NCBI GenBank assembly: GCA_964016885.1 | Contig: OZ024742.1 | Coordinates: 147,250,001 to 147,314,000, forward strand | Direction of reading: 5' to 3' | DNA from: Eledone cirrhosa | Taxonomy: Eukaryota | DNA: 64,000 nt | Shown: piece by piece, positions 1 through 13,178 of the stretch | Layout of the letters: each line of letters begins with the position of its first letter | Numbering within the stretch: the first letter of the stretch is position 1 | The notes under the pieces: generated by a model | What the model was told of the DNA's origin: nothing | Seen by the model: the letters and a program-made list of their open reading frames with translations, nothing else | Databases searched by the model: none | Translations under genes and position numbers: made by a program

Positions 1-560
1 CCCCTTTACATAGTGTACTGGGTGCATTTTCATGTGGCATCAGCACTATCACTTTACACAGCTTACTGGGTACATTATTTTGACATACAAAGACAATGGA
101 AAAAAGAACAGTCCCTTCACGTGAGTCAACTTATGGAAATCACTATAGTTTCAGTGCATTAAGGTTGATACCATTTATTCCAGTGTACGTTGGGACGCAA
201 CAAAACAGGGACACAGGACAAGTTATACCTTTCAGTGAATTACACAAATAAAGTAAAAAAAGTGCTACAACCAATGTGATTTAAAGGAAGAGAGAGAAAC
301 GTAGTGCATGGTAGCTTAGCCAAAGAGAGAAAATATATATGTGTGTGTGTGCTTACATGTGCACACACATTTTCATCCATAGTCAGTTACATAGCAGTCC
401 TATTCAGCATATTTTACATATCTACACAATCTAACTGGGTGGCATGGAATATATTTTATCTCTGTCTCTCTCTCTCTCTCCCTCACACACACCTACACAC
501 ATACAAACATACATATATACACTCACACATTCATATACACACATACGCACATATAATAAT

Positions 561-1070
561 AATGGCTGCCCCCTCGTTATCGAGTATGGCCATTGCACGA
601 TATACCATTATTAATAATTATTAATTAATTCTATTGTGCAATGCCTGTGCGTGAAGATACTTTTTAAAGTGAGGAAAGACTGTGCACTGAGCCAATCCCA
701 CTCTCTGAGTGACAGTAGCTATAACCCGAAAAGAAGAAAAGATCAATATCATCGGTAACTACTGAGCCACGGGTTTTGTTATCCCAGTTTGCTGAGTTGC
801 CTTCTCCTAGAAGAAGGCTAGGGGTTCTTCACTGCCAGTGGTTTAACCGCGCGGTACATGTGTATATACATATTTACACACTTTCAGATGTCCGTTGACT
901 CTTATGAGTTCTTCTGCCCTTTGTCAGGTTTTGTTTTTTGTCCTGCAAGATGTCCAAAATCACCCTTCTCACCAAGTAAACTTGGTGGGGTTGCCGGTTT
1001 AGTCACCGATGACCTGACCATGCGACAGGTTGTACTGGGTTACATGTTACCAGTAGCACTCAAGAGTGAC
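561..1070. repeat. Unclassified interspersed repeat (non-autonomous, retroposon-like); further copies at 14967-15566 and 59136-59480
   Basis: The blocks atggctgccccctcgtt...gagtatggcc and ...tacatgttaccagtagca recur in three places, each flanked by (TACA)n/(TA)n. Confidence 0.7.
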
Positions 1071-1314
1071 ATACATACATATACATGCATACACATTCAT
1101 ACATGCATAAACATACATATACAAACATTCTCTCTCCTGCTCTCTGACACACACACACACACACACACAGACAATCCTTTGTAATCTCTTTCTCTCTCTT
1201 TATTTTATCTATACCGTTTCTCTTACTGTCTCTCTTCCCACTCTCTCTCTCTCTTCTCATATCCTCTGTTCATTTCTCTTACATCCTCTTTCTTATTCTC
1301 ATTATCTAGTTTAC

Positions 1315-1437
<123 letters not shown>

Positions 1438-1607
1438 CTTTTTCTTCAACAGGTGTCTATTAACAACAAGCATTACCCCCACCACTATATTTCACACCAC
1501 ATTCAGGCTCACTATCACCACATCACCTTCAGTTGTCTTCACTTACTCCACTACTTCAGACAACAATTTATGGAACTTCATTCATTATAATCATATTTCT
1601 ATATAAC

Positions 1608-1990
1608 ACCATGGTTTATCCCCCTTACAAACATTTAACACTGATGAACTACCAATATCATGAAACATCTGTATTACACCATGGTTTGTCCCCCTTACAA
1701 ACATTTAACATTGATGAATCACCAATATCATGAAACATCTGTTCTATACATATCTTTAAAACAACATGGTTTATCCCCCTTACAAACATTTAACACTAAT
1801 GAACCACCAATATCATGAAACAACTGTTCTTTACATATCTATATAACAGCAGTCTTTAACTCACTCACAAACATTTAACACTGATGAACCAGCAATACCA
1901 TAAAACATGTTTTTTTTTTACATATGTCATACAGCAGTCATTATCTCTCTTACAAGCACATTCAACACTAATAAACCACCATTATCAAAC
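1608..1990. repeat. Minisatellite of about 5 units of 70-90 bp with a hammerhead-like core in each unit
   Basis: Repeated cttacaaacatttaacactgatgaa...aatatcatgaaacatctgt. Confidence 0.8.
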
Positions 1991-2281
1991 ACACATCAAC
2001 ACACACATAATACTGTATATAATTATGAATATGAAGCTGATTTGAAATCAAAATATAATAATCAAAATTAAGAGGAAAATTTTGTATACTTTATAAGACC
2101 TGCATGTGCACATATATACATATATACATATATATATACGAAGGAATTTGTAGTTTACTTGAAGCATTGTATATGGTATAAAGAATTTGAAGTTTGAAAG
2201 CCATGACAATGTGGGTTTATATGAAGAATAATTAAATCATAAGAAACAGGGCTTGTTATTTTACCTTAATTTATTCATATG

Positions 2282-2319
2282 TCCTGATATTTTGAGATTA
2301 ATATCTCTTCTTCTGAGGA
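2282..2319 (-). ncRNA. Decayed minimal type I hammerhead ribozyme in the 3' repeat of a Penelope-like element
   Basis: The minus strand reads UCCU-CAGAAGA-A-GAGAU-AUUA-AUCUC-AAAA-U-AUC-AGGA, then AAUAAA. The stems are intact and there are two core substitutions (U4A, G12A). Confidence 0.6.
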
Positions 2320-2599
2320 AAATAAAGGAACTGTTCCCATGTCCAATGTGGCTTGCTATGCTATGCTAGCTGGAAGTGGTTTGATTATTTTTTTTTTTCT
2401 AACCTCTTTTATTTAAAATTAATGTCTGGACAGGTCAAAGGGGCACAGATTTGTTTCCCATTAAATCCGCTTAGACGCATATATATTAATATGTGCCGAC
2501 ACACACGTGCTTGCATACATGTGTGTGTGTAAGCACGCACGCAAATACATAAAGACACATGGGTAGAATTGTGTAAACACATGAATGCATATACACGAT

Positions 2600-3690
2600 T
2601 TCTCCCGGATGGATAATGTGCTCGTAAGCTGGCTTATGTATAGAGTCCATTGGCCTTCTAAGTTCAGTGTTGTGTTCTGGCTATGATTAATGCTTCCTTA
2701 ATTCTGAGATTGCCAAGGTTTCTTTTGTTTTAACCTTAACTGTTATTTTTTTGGTAGTGTTTTTGCATTTCTCTAAGTTTTTCTTGAATGTGGAAGCGTT
2801 AGTGTTAATGTGTTCCTTAATCCTGATGTGTAGGTGTCTGATGGTGCTACCTATATAGAAGTTGTCGCATTTATCACATTGGACTCTGTACACGACGGAT
2901 GATTGATGGCATATGTCTGTGTTATCAATGGAGCAGTTGGTGAGCGTGCAGCATCTGTTGTGTTCTCTAGGTCATGTCCTAGATAGTTATCTGCGTAGAG
3001 AGGGCCCCGAGGGAGCTAGTTGTAAGTCTAGTCCTTCTCTTCGGATGGCCCTGCAGATGGCTGTTGTTGTGTTATCACTGAAATGTGGGAGCTTCAGAAA
3101 GTAGGTGTTGGTGGAGATCATGCTTTGAATGCAGTGTTTCCTATTTCTAATGCAGTTCCTGGTGGCTGTCGAGTAACCGTTTAACTTAAGCACTTCCAAG
3201 AAGAGTGTGGTGTGTGTGTCTCGATCTCCTGTGGTGCTGTATTTATTCTAGATACATGTCAGTTCATTCCTTATGTATCCAGACTTGGCACCAAGGGTGA
3301 GGGCCAATTTGAAATGGATGAACAGGTCCCTGCTGGCGGCTTTTCTGTAGAAGCTGGTGGAGATGCCGCCTTCTTCCGTTACCTTGAGTTGGAAGTCTAG
3401 CATGGAGAGGGATTCAGTGTCATCAGGATGTTCCATGCTGAACCTTATGTTAACGTCCATGCTGGAGAATGCCATGTATATTTTGTCTCCTTCTTCATGG
3501 GATGGTGTAAGGAAGAGTATGTCATCTACATATCGGGTGAAGAAGGTGTTGAGGGTCCGATATTCCAGCTGGTTCATATAAGTGATGGCCAGCAGGCCTG
3601 ATAGGCTGGATCCCATAGGTAGTCTTGTTGTCTGTCTGTATGTGTGGTGGTGGAAAGTGAAGTAAGTATTATCCACCTTGATATTTAGAA
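2600..3690 (-). mobile_element. Penelope-like element, 5'-truncated and degenerate (RT core/thumb plus GIY-YIG endonuclease)
   Basis: ORF 3248-3727 has LPMGSSLSGLLA, RYVDDI, LDF and YRK. ORF 2687-2893 has YRVQCDKCDNFYIGST...RIKEH. Confidence 0.9.
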
Positions 3691-4079
3691 TATATATACA
3701 TTTCAAACACAGAAAGGTCACACACACATCAAATGATGATGATGATAATATATATATATATCAACATCATCATCATTATGGATTGTACAGGTCCTTCTCC
3801 ACTTGTCGCATTCCTTTGTCATCCCATTCATGAGCTTTAGTGATCTGAAAGCAGCTCTCACCACTTTCATCCAGGTATCATCATAATCATCATCATCACC
3901 GTTTTACGTCTATTCTTCTACGCTAGCATGGGTTGGACGGGTTGTCCTGTTGTGGGCAGTGCCAGGTCGGGTGATCTTGTCTTGCTCATACGGGAACTGA
4001 TTTTGGCTTGATTTCTACAGCTGGATGTCCTTCCTAACACCAACCTCATTTTCAGTGAGTACTAATATATATATATATA

Positions 4080-4795
4080 TATCATCATCATCATCATTTT
4101 ACATCTGCTGTTCCACGCTTGCATAGTTTGGATGGGTCTTTTTCAGCACATCATCTTTCCTCTTGTTGCGTCACTTTGTCATCTCTGTGAGCTTCAGAAA
4201 TTTGGCACTTCTTCATCCAGGATCATCATCCATGTGCATCATGTGCCCACACCACTGCAGTCTCCTATCCTATACACTAAATCTAACTCTTTTTATACCC
4301 AGTTTCTCTCTCAGTCCATCCATGCTTTGTTGTTTCTGCACATTAACATTGCTCATCCATCGAAGCATGTTTGCTTCATTTCTCTCCAGCCATCACATAT
4401 CCTCTGCATTCACTGCCCATGTCTCACTACCATGCTGCATCACACATTTTGCACACAGACGTCATAGAGCTAAACTTTCATTCGTAGGAGAAACCTTTTT
4501 TTATCAACAGAGGTAGTAGATCCCTAAATTTCTTCCATCCTGTCCTTATTCTAGATATTATGTTCTTGGAACACCCTCCTCCACTGCCCATTATATCACT
4601 TAGGTAGTAGAAGCTATCAATCGTTTCTATGGATCCTGCCTGGGATTGGAAAAGCTTTACATTATTGACATTCTTACTATCAATTGACCCTGAATATCTA
4701 TTACATACAAAGTCTTCCTTTCCTGTTAGTCTGCCTGTTTTCCCATTACAGCTCTTGTGTACCAAAGATTTGCATTGTGTACCTCATATAGAGTT
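4080..4795 (-). mobile_element. RTE-clade LINE 3' fragment, degenerate
   Basis: ORF 4478-4765 (GSGGGCSKNIISRIRTGWKKFRDLLPLL) is homologous to 47840-48763; (TGA)n tail. Confidence 0.85.
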
Positions 4796-4869
4796 TGTAT
4801 AGACATAAATATTAAAGAAATATATACTTTAAGATGTTAAAAAAGTTAATGTCCATGTCCTACCCAGAG

Positions 4870-5130
4870 GCTCATCTGGCTTAAGCTTTTTCTGGTTTCA
4901 TTGGTATTTAAGCAACTGAGAGTACAAGACATGCTCCTGCACAGGATGCTAGTCCATCACAGGGTTAACTTACCCTTCCCACCATTTGTTATTGGTACTC
5001 ATTTTCAACTGAGTTGACTGGAGCAATGTCGAATGAAGTGTTTTGATCAAGAACACGATGCACCGCTTGATCCAGCAATTAAATCTACAACATTACAGTC
5101 GTAAGTCCAACACTCTAACCACTAAGCTCA
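4870..5130 (-). mobile_element. tRNA-derived SINE, diverged copy of the 45620-45892 type
   Basis: Shares gagagtacaagac, gtactcattttca and ctctaaccactaag with other copies. Confidence 0.65.
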
Positions 5131-5389
5131 CATACAATTACTTGTAGGAGAGGAAGTATTTCAATTCTGACTTTGTTTTATATTTTTACTCTTTACTGAA
5201 TTTAACAGTAATCAAGTGACTGGTGACTGGAATTATAAAATCTGGTTAATCTTTCAGGTGAACTAAATACATATAGTAAGGAAACTATTATTGATTGGGA
5301 AACATATTTGTTGTTTATTTTTATCAAGCCATTTATTGATGAACACACAAATATACAGTTATTGGAACAATTGTCATTATCATCAATAT

Positions 5390-6030
5390 CATCATCACTG
5401 TTTAATACATATTTTCCATGCTTGCATGGGTTAGTAGGTTGTCAGGTAACGAGGTTAGACAAGTCAGGTAATCCCATCATGCTCATGTGGTTAGGTTTTC
5501 TATAGCTAAATATCCTTCCTTATGCAAACTCCTTTACAGCATGTACTGGGGGGGACAACAACTTTACAGCATGGACTGGGAGCTTTTTGTTGTGACACCA
5601 GCACTACCTCAAAACAGTGTGAATTGGGTGCTTTTTGTCATCTGACAGAGTGGACTGTGTGCTTTTTGTTGTGGTACCTGTACTAACAACTTACAGAGTG
5701 GACTAAGTGCTTTTTGCTGTGGTACCAGTATTACTATCTGACAGAGTGAACTGGGTGATTTTTGTTGTGGTACCAGTACTAACAACTTACAAAGTGGACT
5801 AGGTGCTTTTGGTCATGGTACCAGTATTACCATCTGACAGAGTGAACTGTGTGTTTTTTGTTGTGGTACCAGTACTAACAACTTACAGAGTGGACTAGGT
5901 GCTTTTTGTCATGGCACCAGCCTTACCATTTAATAGAGTGAACTGGGTGTTTTTTGTTGTGGCACCATCACTATTACCTTACAGGGTGGCTTGTCATGAC
6001 ATCAGCCTTACCATCTGACAGAGGGGACTA
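5390..6030 (-). repeat. RTE/SINE 3' tail expanded into a minisatellite of about 43 bp units
   Basis: About 11 units of acagagtggactgggtgctttttgttgtggtaccagtact, continuous with the shared tail sequence. Confidence 0.8.
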
Positions 6031-6042
6031 GGTCAGCAATCC

Positions 6043-6243
6043 TCAAACATTGTTGCAGAAAACAAAATTATTCTCTTTTGAGAAGGAGGCCAGTAAATCC
6101 TTTTCTCTGTCATGATATAACATGATTTTGGTCCCTTGTAACAATAAATATTTTTTTCTCCCAACATTTTTCAAAAGACATAAGTCTCTTATGCTGTTAT
6201 TCAATTCACATTGACTAAAAACTTCTGCAACTGTCAATTTTCC
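6043..6243 (-). pseudogene. Chapaev-like (CMC) DNA transposase remnant, downstream part
   Basis: FSQCELNNSIRDLCL...GTKIMLYHDREKDLLASFSKENNFVFCNNV; family assignment from recalled motifs. Confidence 0.55.
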
Positions 6244-6244
6244 C

Positions 6245-8285
6245 ACATATGCTTTCTTTCTTTGTCTTCCGGAGGCTGGCTGCCAAGGTGATCTGCAAGT
6301 CTGTCACACACGAACTGGGTGAGGAGTTTAGTCCGGTGCAACTGGGTGTCGGCGTGTCCGGTAGCTGTGAGGGAGCCTCTCATACAATCAGGCAGTTCTT
6401 CAGCAGCTGCCCATCGGTACCGGCATCCAGGGACTCCAGGCACCTCATTGTCAAGTTTGACATGAGGAATGCCTTTAACTCTTTATGCTGGGATCATCTG
6501 CTTGAGGCCTGCTTCAGCTGAGCCCCATCTGCCTACCCGCTGGCCTACCTGTCATATGGAGCCCCGAGCATGCTCCTAGCTGCTGATACGGTCATACCCT
6601 CAGCTACTGGGGGTCCAACAGGGCGACCCTTTGGGATCCCTCCTGTTCGCCCTTGGTATTGACCACATCGCCCGGAGTATCATGGCCCCTCTCAACGTTT
6701 GGTATCTGGATGATGCTACGTTGGGCGGCCCGTACGGACGGTCTGCCAAGACCTTCAATCGGTGATTCCTGCCCTGGCGGGAATCGGCCTCCAGGTCAAC
6801 TTGGCCAAGTCGGAGGTGGTGAATGTCAGCCTCGATGTTGCGAGCTTTGCAGCCTCCGTCTTGGACGTGCGGTCCATTCTCTGCCAGGTTCAGGTGACCC
6901 CCAAAGAGGATGTCCTCATCCTCGGGTCACCGATCCACCCGCAGGCCATCCGCTCCACCATCAGGTCCAGGCTTCAACAGCTCTAGACTCTCACGAGCCG
7001 ACTGGGCTTGATTGACGGCCACCCAGCTCTCTTTCTGCTGAGGAACTGCTTCGCCATGCCGAAGCTCCTCTATACACTCCGCAGCGCTCCATGCTACACC
7101 CAGACATCTCTCCTCGCTGACTTCGATACTTGTATCTGAGCAGCAGCCAAGGGAGTATGCAACGTCAAGTTTGACGACATAGGGTGGCAACAGGCCACTT
7201 TACCGGTCAGGTATGGCGGCCTAGGCCTCCGATCCCTGATCTCACTAGCTTTGCTGGCATATCTTTCGTCGGTAACCTCGTGCCGCATCCTCGTCAGCAG
7301 GGTTCTTCAAAACAAAACAGAACCCTCTGTGTTCAGAGAACGGGAGGCCGCCTGTGAGATGTGGGACTGGCTGGGACTTAGCCCAGTAGACGTCCCTCCT
7401 CCTTCTTCCCCTGTTGACGTCAAGTCCCCCCAACGCACTTGGGATGCCATCCAGTGCAGCCTGGCCTCAGACAGGCTCACGCGCCAGCTCGACCAGCACC
7501 ACCTTGCATGTTTTCGTGCGGCCTCTAAACCCCACAGTGGTGCCTGGCTTCATGCTCTGCCCTCCTTCTCCACTGGCACGCAGCTAGATAACTATTGCCT
7601 GCAAATCGGCGTTTCCCTGAGGCTCGGCTTCCGGATCTGCCAGCCACACCAATGTCGCTGCGGTTCCACCGTGGACTCTTTCGGCCTCCACCCGCTTTCC
7701 TGTCGCCACAGTGCCGGCTGCATTCCACGCCATACTGCCCTCAACGAGGTCATTAAGCATGGCTTGGACACTGCAGGCTTCCCTTCCCAGCTCGAGCCGG
7801 TGGGGCTGGATCGAGGGGACGGCAAAAGGCCAGATGGCATGACCATCTTCCCGTTCCGCAGTGGCAAACCCCTCGTCTAGGACGCCACTTTCACCGATAC
7901 TTTCTGCAGCCGCTAACCTGGTGCAGTCTGCGACTGACCCAGCTTCTGCTGCACATCTGGCTGAGGGGGCCAAACCTCTCAAATACCGGTCACTCTCTGA
8001 CAGGTTTGTGGTCGTTCCCCTGGCAGTGGAAACTTCTGGTGTCCTTGGCCCCAGGGCTACCTCCTTACTCACCCCCATAGGCGCTGAGCTGACCAACCGC
8101 AGGTGTGAGCCCCGCGAGTTGGAGTGGCTTTTCCAGCGCGTCTCCCTTGCCGTCCTCCGGGGAAACGCTGTTTCCATTCTGTCCGCCGGGGCTGTGGGTG
8201 GGCCCCATCGCGTACCAATACATTAGTTAAATACCATTCTTTCATCATTACAACTTATATCCATATTAATGACGTATTATCTTTG
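6245..8285 (+). mobile_element. CRE-clade non-LTR retrotransposon, 5'-truncated with frameshifts and stops (RT, zinc knuckle, restriction-like endonuclease)
   Basis: QLGVG, KFDMRNAFNS, QQGDPLG, WYLDD, then CRCG...HPLSC...RH, EPVGLDRGDGKRPDG, PLAVETSG, QRVSLAVLRGNA; much more GC-rich than the flanks. Confidence 0.9.
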
Positions 8286-8289
8286 TTGT

Positions 8290-8670
8290 CACTCTAACTA
8301 GGAAACCGAATGATTCTCGGCTTCAGAGTTAAGAATATCATCTTGAGTGAGCTCAGGAAGATGCCTGAATGATGGAACGGGTATCTCAACAGCATGTGCA
8401 ACAGGCTGTCTAGCTGAGTCTATGATAGGATATGTCCATTTACTCCATTTATGTCTGTTGATGCCCTTTATATTCACCCAACAAAAGTTACAGTCATCAC
8501 TGTGACTCCTCTGTTGGTATACCAAATTTCAGACCCCTCTTTATGCTGGTCCATGGGTTATCTTGGTTTCCTAGTTGTACTTTGAAATAGGCAAAAATAA
8601 GTTCTTTTTACATAATCATTAATAGTTTTTCTCTGTTCAATGAATGTGTACTCTCTGCAGATAAACCTCA
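8290..8670 (-). pseudogene. Chapaev-like (CMC) DNA transposase remnant, N-terminal Cys/His-rich part
   Basis: HSDDCNFCWVNIKGINRHKWSKWTYPIIDSARQPVAH, with QDNPW upstream. Confidence 0.6.
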
Positions 8671-8740
8671 CAAAAAAAGAAAAAAAAGTTCTTCATGATG
8701 AAGCCATGTCAACACCTGTAACTGGAATATATACATATTT

Positions 8741-9165
8741 CCGCCTTGCCTAAGTACAAAGCGAAACCTACAGTCACTAGGCACCTCTTAATCAAATATA
8801 CACCCTCATCCCACTACCCCGACTCCCCCTCCCCCACCCCCATCAACACCACCCCTTTCTCTGTAATGTTATGTTGGTACCACAACATCCAGTCCTAAAT
8901 AAATGAGGTCGTGTAGGTGTCACGACAAAAAAAAACACAGAGTCCACGCTGTAATGTGGCTGTGTAGGTAACATTGTAAAAACCTCCTAGTCCACACTGT
9001 AAACTTGGTTGGTGTTAGGAAGGGCATCCAGCCGTAGAAAACCTGCCAGACAGTCCTATACGAGCGAGACGACCAATCTTGCCTCAAGTGGGACAATTCC
9101 CATCTAAACCCATGCTAGCGTGGAAGATAGACGTTAAACGTTGATGATGATGATGATGATGATGA
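8741..9165 (+). mobile_element. RTE LINE 3' UTR with (TGA)n tail
   Basis: Matches 48750-49160 and 50612-51040, which follow RTE ORFs. Confidence 0.85.
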
Positions 9166-9383
9166 TACATATAAAATATATATATATATTTCTCTATGTA
9201 TGGTTATAGATGTTATGTGTTTAAGGAATTCACTATCTGTTAAGTCCCATGCTGTGACATTATGGACAAGTGTCTTTTACTATAACCTCAAGTTCATGCC
9301 CTATAATTGAAATTTGGTAGATAAAAACTCTGCAGAGATTTCACACACCACACACACACACACACATACACACACACACATGC

Positions 9384-9414
<31 letters not shown>

Positions 9415-9929
9415 TGTGTCTGTCTGTCTCTGTCTGTATTTATGTTTATTCTTTGCTTATGTGCGGTAACTTAATGATTTTATAAAAAGAAATTGATAAA
9501 GTAAGTACTGGGATTGTTATGATTGACTAAATCTCTTCAAGACAATGCACAAGCATGACCACTAGCTAAAGAGACTGAAACCAGTAAAACAATAAATGAA
9601 TAAAAGAATGCACATTTTTTCTTAACCATTATATACATTGCCAAACATTTATTGTTCTATCAAACTCATTTACCACATTCGTTATAACAGCATGTTATTT
9701 TATTCTTTTTTCTTCCCTCTTCCCTGACCACCATTCTTTACTGCTAATTTACAATCATTACTGATCATTTTAGGCGGTATCTATTATTATCAAGGCCTTA
9801 ATTACATCTACTCTTATCGTGGTATTTCTATCACAGTTCAATAAATCTGTCTGTCTTATATTAAACTGGATCCAATCAATCCTAATATAGCTTTGATTTT
9901 CTCGGTAAGTTTATCAATCAACAAAATTT

Positions 9930-11021
9930 AACCCTTTTGATACAAAACTGCCTGAAACTGGCCGTGGTTTTACAATATAAACTGTTTATTTTAAAGTGCT
10001 ATCATCATCATCATTGTTTTAACGTCCATTTTCCATGCTAGCATGGGTAGGACGTGCTGTCCTGTTGTGAGAGATCCAGGTCGGAGGGCCGTGTTTTATT
10101 CACTCAGAACTGATTTTGGCTTGGTTTCTACAGCTGAATGCCCTTCCTAATGACAGCCACATTTACAGTGTGTACTGGATGCTTTTTGTTGTGACACCTA
10201 CATGACCACTTTATAGTGTTGGCTGGGTGCTTTTTATTATGACTCCTATATGACCACTTTACAGTGTGGACTGTGTGCTTTTTGTTGTGACACCTACATG
10301 ACCACTTTACTGTGTGAGCTGGGCACTTTTTGTTGTGGCTCTGATTCTATAATACAAAGCTGTTTATATCTCACTAAAGCCATAATTTTATGTAAGAGCC
10401 TTTGCTAAGTTATATTCCAAACAACAGCTTAATAATGAAAAAGTTAATTATATTACTAAATCCCTCCATATTCTTGATTATTTTCAAAATTATTTGAAAA
10501 TCATAAGCAGTGTCTTTCATTAGAAATGTGATAAGGAAAAGGTTAAAATGTTTATGTTTCATCATAATTTTATATTAGAACCTTATGTTCCAAACACCAG
10601 ATTAATAATGAGAAAGTTACATGATAAGCAGTGTCTTTCACCAGAAACATGGTAACAAAATGGTTAAATAAATTTACTTAACAAGCAATTTATAACACAT
10701 TTAATTTAGTGAAAAATGACCACAAATTCCTACATTATAAGTTCAAATTTTTTGTGGGAATTTTGTTGTATTTCTTGGAATAATATTTAACTCTTTCGAT
10801 ACCAAACCACCTAAAACTGATTATTTTAAAATGCATATGTTTATATCTAAAAACTATCCATCATAATTTTATCTAAGAATTTTTTCAATTATGCTCCAAA
10901 CACCAGCTTAATAATGAGAAAGTTATATTATTAAATCCCTCCAAATTCTTGATTATTTTCAAAATTATTTGAAAATCATAAGCAATGTCTTTCACTTAAA
11001 ATATGATAACAAAAGAGTTAA
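9930..11021. mobile_element. piggyBac-like MITE copies (complete copy 10791-11017; copy at 9933 interrupted by a retroposon tail at about 10000-10340)
   Basis: TTAA|ctctttcgatacca ... tgataacaaaagag|TTAA; the internal sequence recurs at 53117-54415. Confidence 0.6.
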
Positions 11022-11984
11022 TGCTACATATCTCAGTTGATATTGCTGTTAGGTCCAATGTTTGATGTTATGTTATGGATTATAGAATAGAATAGTTAAC
11101 TATTTATGGATGCAGGCATGGAAAATGGTTAAGAAATTCATGTCTCAATTGTGAGATTCTGTATTTTATCCCATGTGGTTTCTCGAAACTGCTTCGAAAT
11201 GCATCAAATAGAGCAAGCTTGTCACACGATGCCACCCTAAGTCTCTCTCAAAAAGGAAGTACTGGAACACATGATTATATGACACTTTCAATGTCATATA
11301 GTCAATTGTGTCTTAAATTAACATTGAATAAGATTCCTTGCCATATTTGATTCTTTGCATTTTGAGTTCAAATCCTGCTGTGACCTACTTGGGTGGTAGG
11401 CTTAATCTGTCATCGAATTTAACACTAACAGCCGACTCTTAAGTACATTTAGTGGAGTATACTCGGTTGCAAGCATTCTGGTTATGTCTTCAGTTTGAGG
11501 ATAACTTCCTACCTTTCTCTCACTAGTCATGAAAGCCCTGAAAAGAGTCATGGGCATAACCATCCTCTCTTGACTAAACAGTAAAAGAAAGCCAGTTCTA
11601 TGATCTCTTTTTAATTCCTGGTTGTAGTAATTTCACTTTGGTTGGCTCTACGTACAACAATACTTTAGGATGACCCTGGCCTCATTGAGCAAGAGCAAGA
11701 AGAGGAAGAATTCCACTTCATTGATATTGTAGTTGTTGTTGTTGCATTTATAAGACCATCAGTTATATTTTTTTTTTGTGTGTTTGTTAGGTGATTTAGA
11801 TGTCCTCTCATGAGACCCCAATAAGGGCTGAAAATCAATTAAAAATGTCTATCAATTGTTTTCAATCTATTGGAAAATACATATATTTGACATGTTTATA
11901 TGCCTAAATACTCAATGTGTATATTGATTTACAGATTCATACAGTCATGGTTAATCCTGAACTGAATATGTATATATATATATA

Positions 11985-12185
11985 AAAATCACAAACCCTC
12001 CATCTCAATTCTACTTTTGAAAAGCACAAGAACTGCAAAACTGGTAAAGGAACCAAATAAATATATTTAAAAAAAAAAAGATTACAGTTGCATTTTCGAT
12101 TTCATCTTTTTTCCTTATACTTTCACTCATGTAGGACACCTCGTTTTTCTTTTCATTTTGTAAAAATACCTCACTTTCTAATATA
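11985..12185 (+). repeat. Penelope pLTR-like fragment with decayed hammerhead; sister of 42420-42615
   Basis: Near-identical ccctccatctcaatt...cctcactttctaatata, sitting in (TA)n. Confidence 0.75.
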
Positions 12186-12209
12186 TATAAATATATATAC
12201 ATATATATA

Positions 12210-12430
<221 letters not shown>

Positions 12431-12917
12431 CGTCATCTGGGGACCTCAGCCAAAATGGACTCAACAATTGATCTCCACGTGAGTCTGTCGTTCGTTCCCG
12501 TTGCCAAATCCTGAATTTCAATACCAGAATCTCTGGAGATGACATCGGTGTAGGGGAGCTTACGCCCCCTGTTATTAGTGACTGCTTGTGGTTTCCAAAG
12601 TACTAATGGGGACACAGCCTCATAGGTGGCATGATGGCAGTGGCCAGCAAATCTTACTCTCCTTTTACGTACAACGACGGATATGTGTGGGAGACCGGCA
12701 TATATTTCTATCAAAGGCAGATGTCGCCAGCTTATGATCTGAATGCCCTAAGGCAGGCAAGTGTAAGTGCCATCAAGGTGCTTTTGTTGTTTGGGTGAAA
12801 GCGTCTATGTTTCACTTCCTTATAGCAAGATTGGTTGAATTGTTACTTGGAAGAGTCTGATCTTGGTGTGGTTGGAAAGATTTGAGCACCAAACTCGTTC
12901 CATCTTGTTGCAAGCTG

Positions 12918-12918
<1 letters not shown>
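12431..12918 (-). mobile_element. RTE-clade LINE 3' fragment, degenerate; related to 16478-17790
   Basis: [25 protein letters not shown]...RGR...DRLTWR. Confidence 0.8.
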
Positions 12919-12983
<65 letters not shown>

Positions 12984-13085
12984 TAAGTTGTTCCGGGTTG
13001 AAACGGAGGTAACTACAGTAAGTAAGGTACTCAATACATAGCAGAGATTCTACAGGACTAGAACTGTTTCATTCTTTAGAAATGA

Positions 13086-13178
<93 letters not shown>

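Noticed and set aside
5540-6030. CRISPR-like regular repeats (also 32045-32886 and 63700-64000)
   Set aside because: No unique spacers, degenerate units, no cas genes, eukaryotic context
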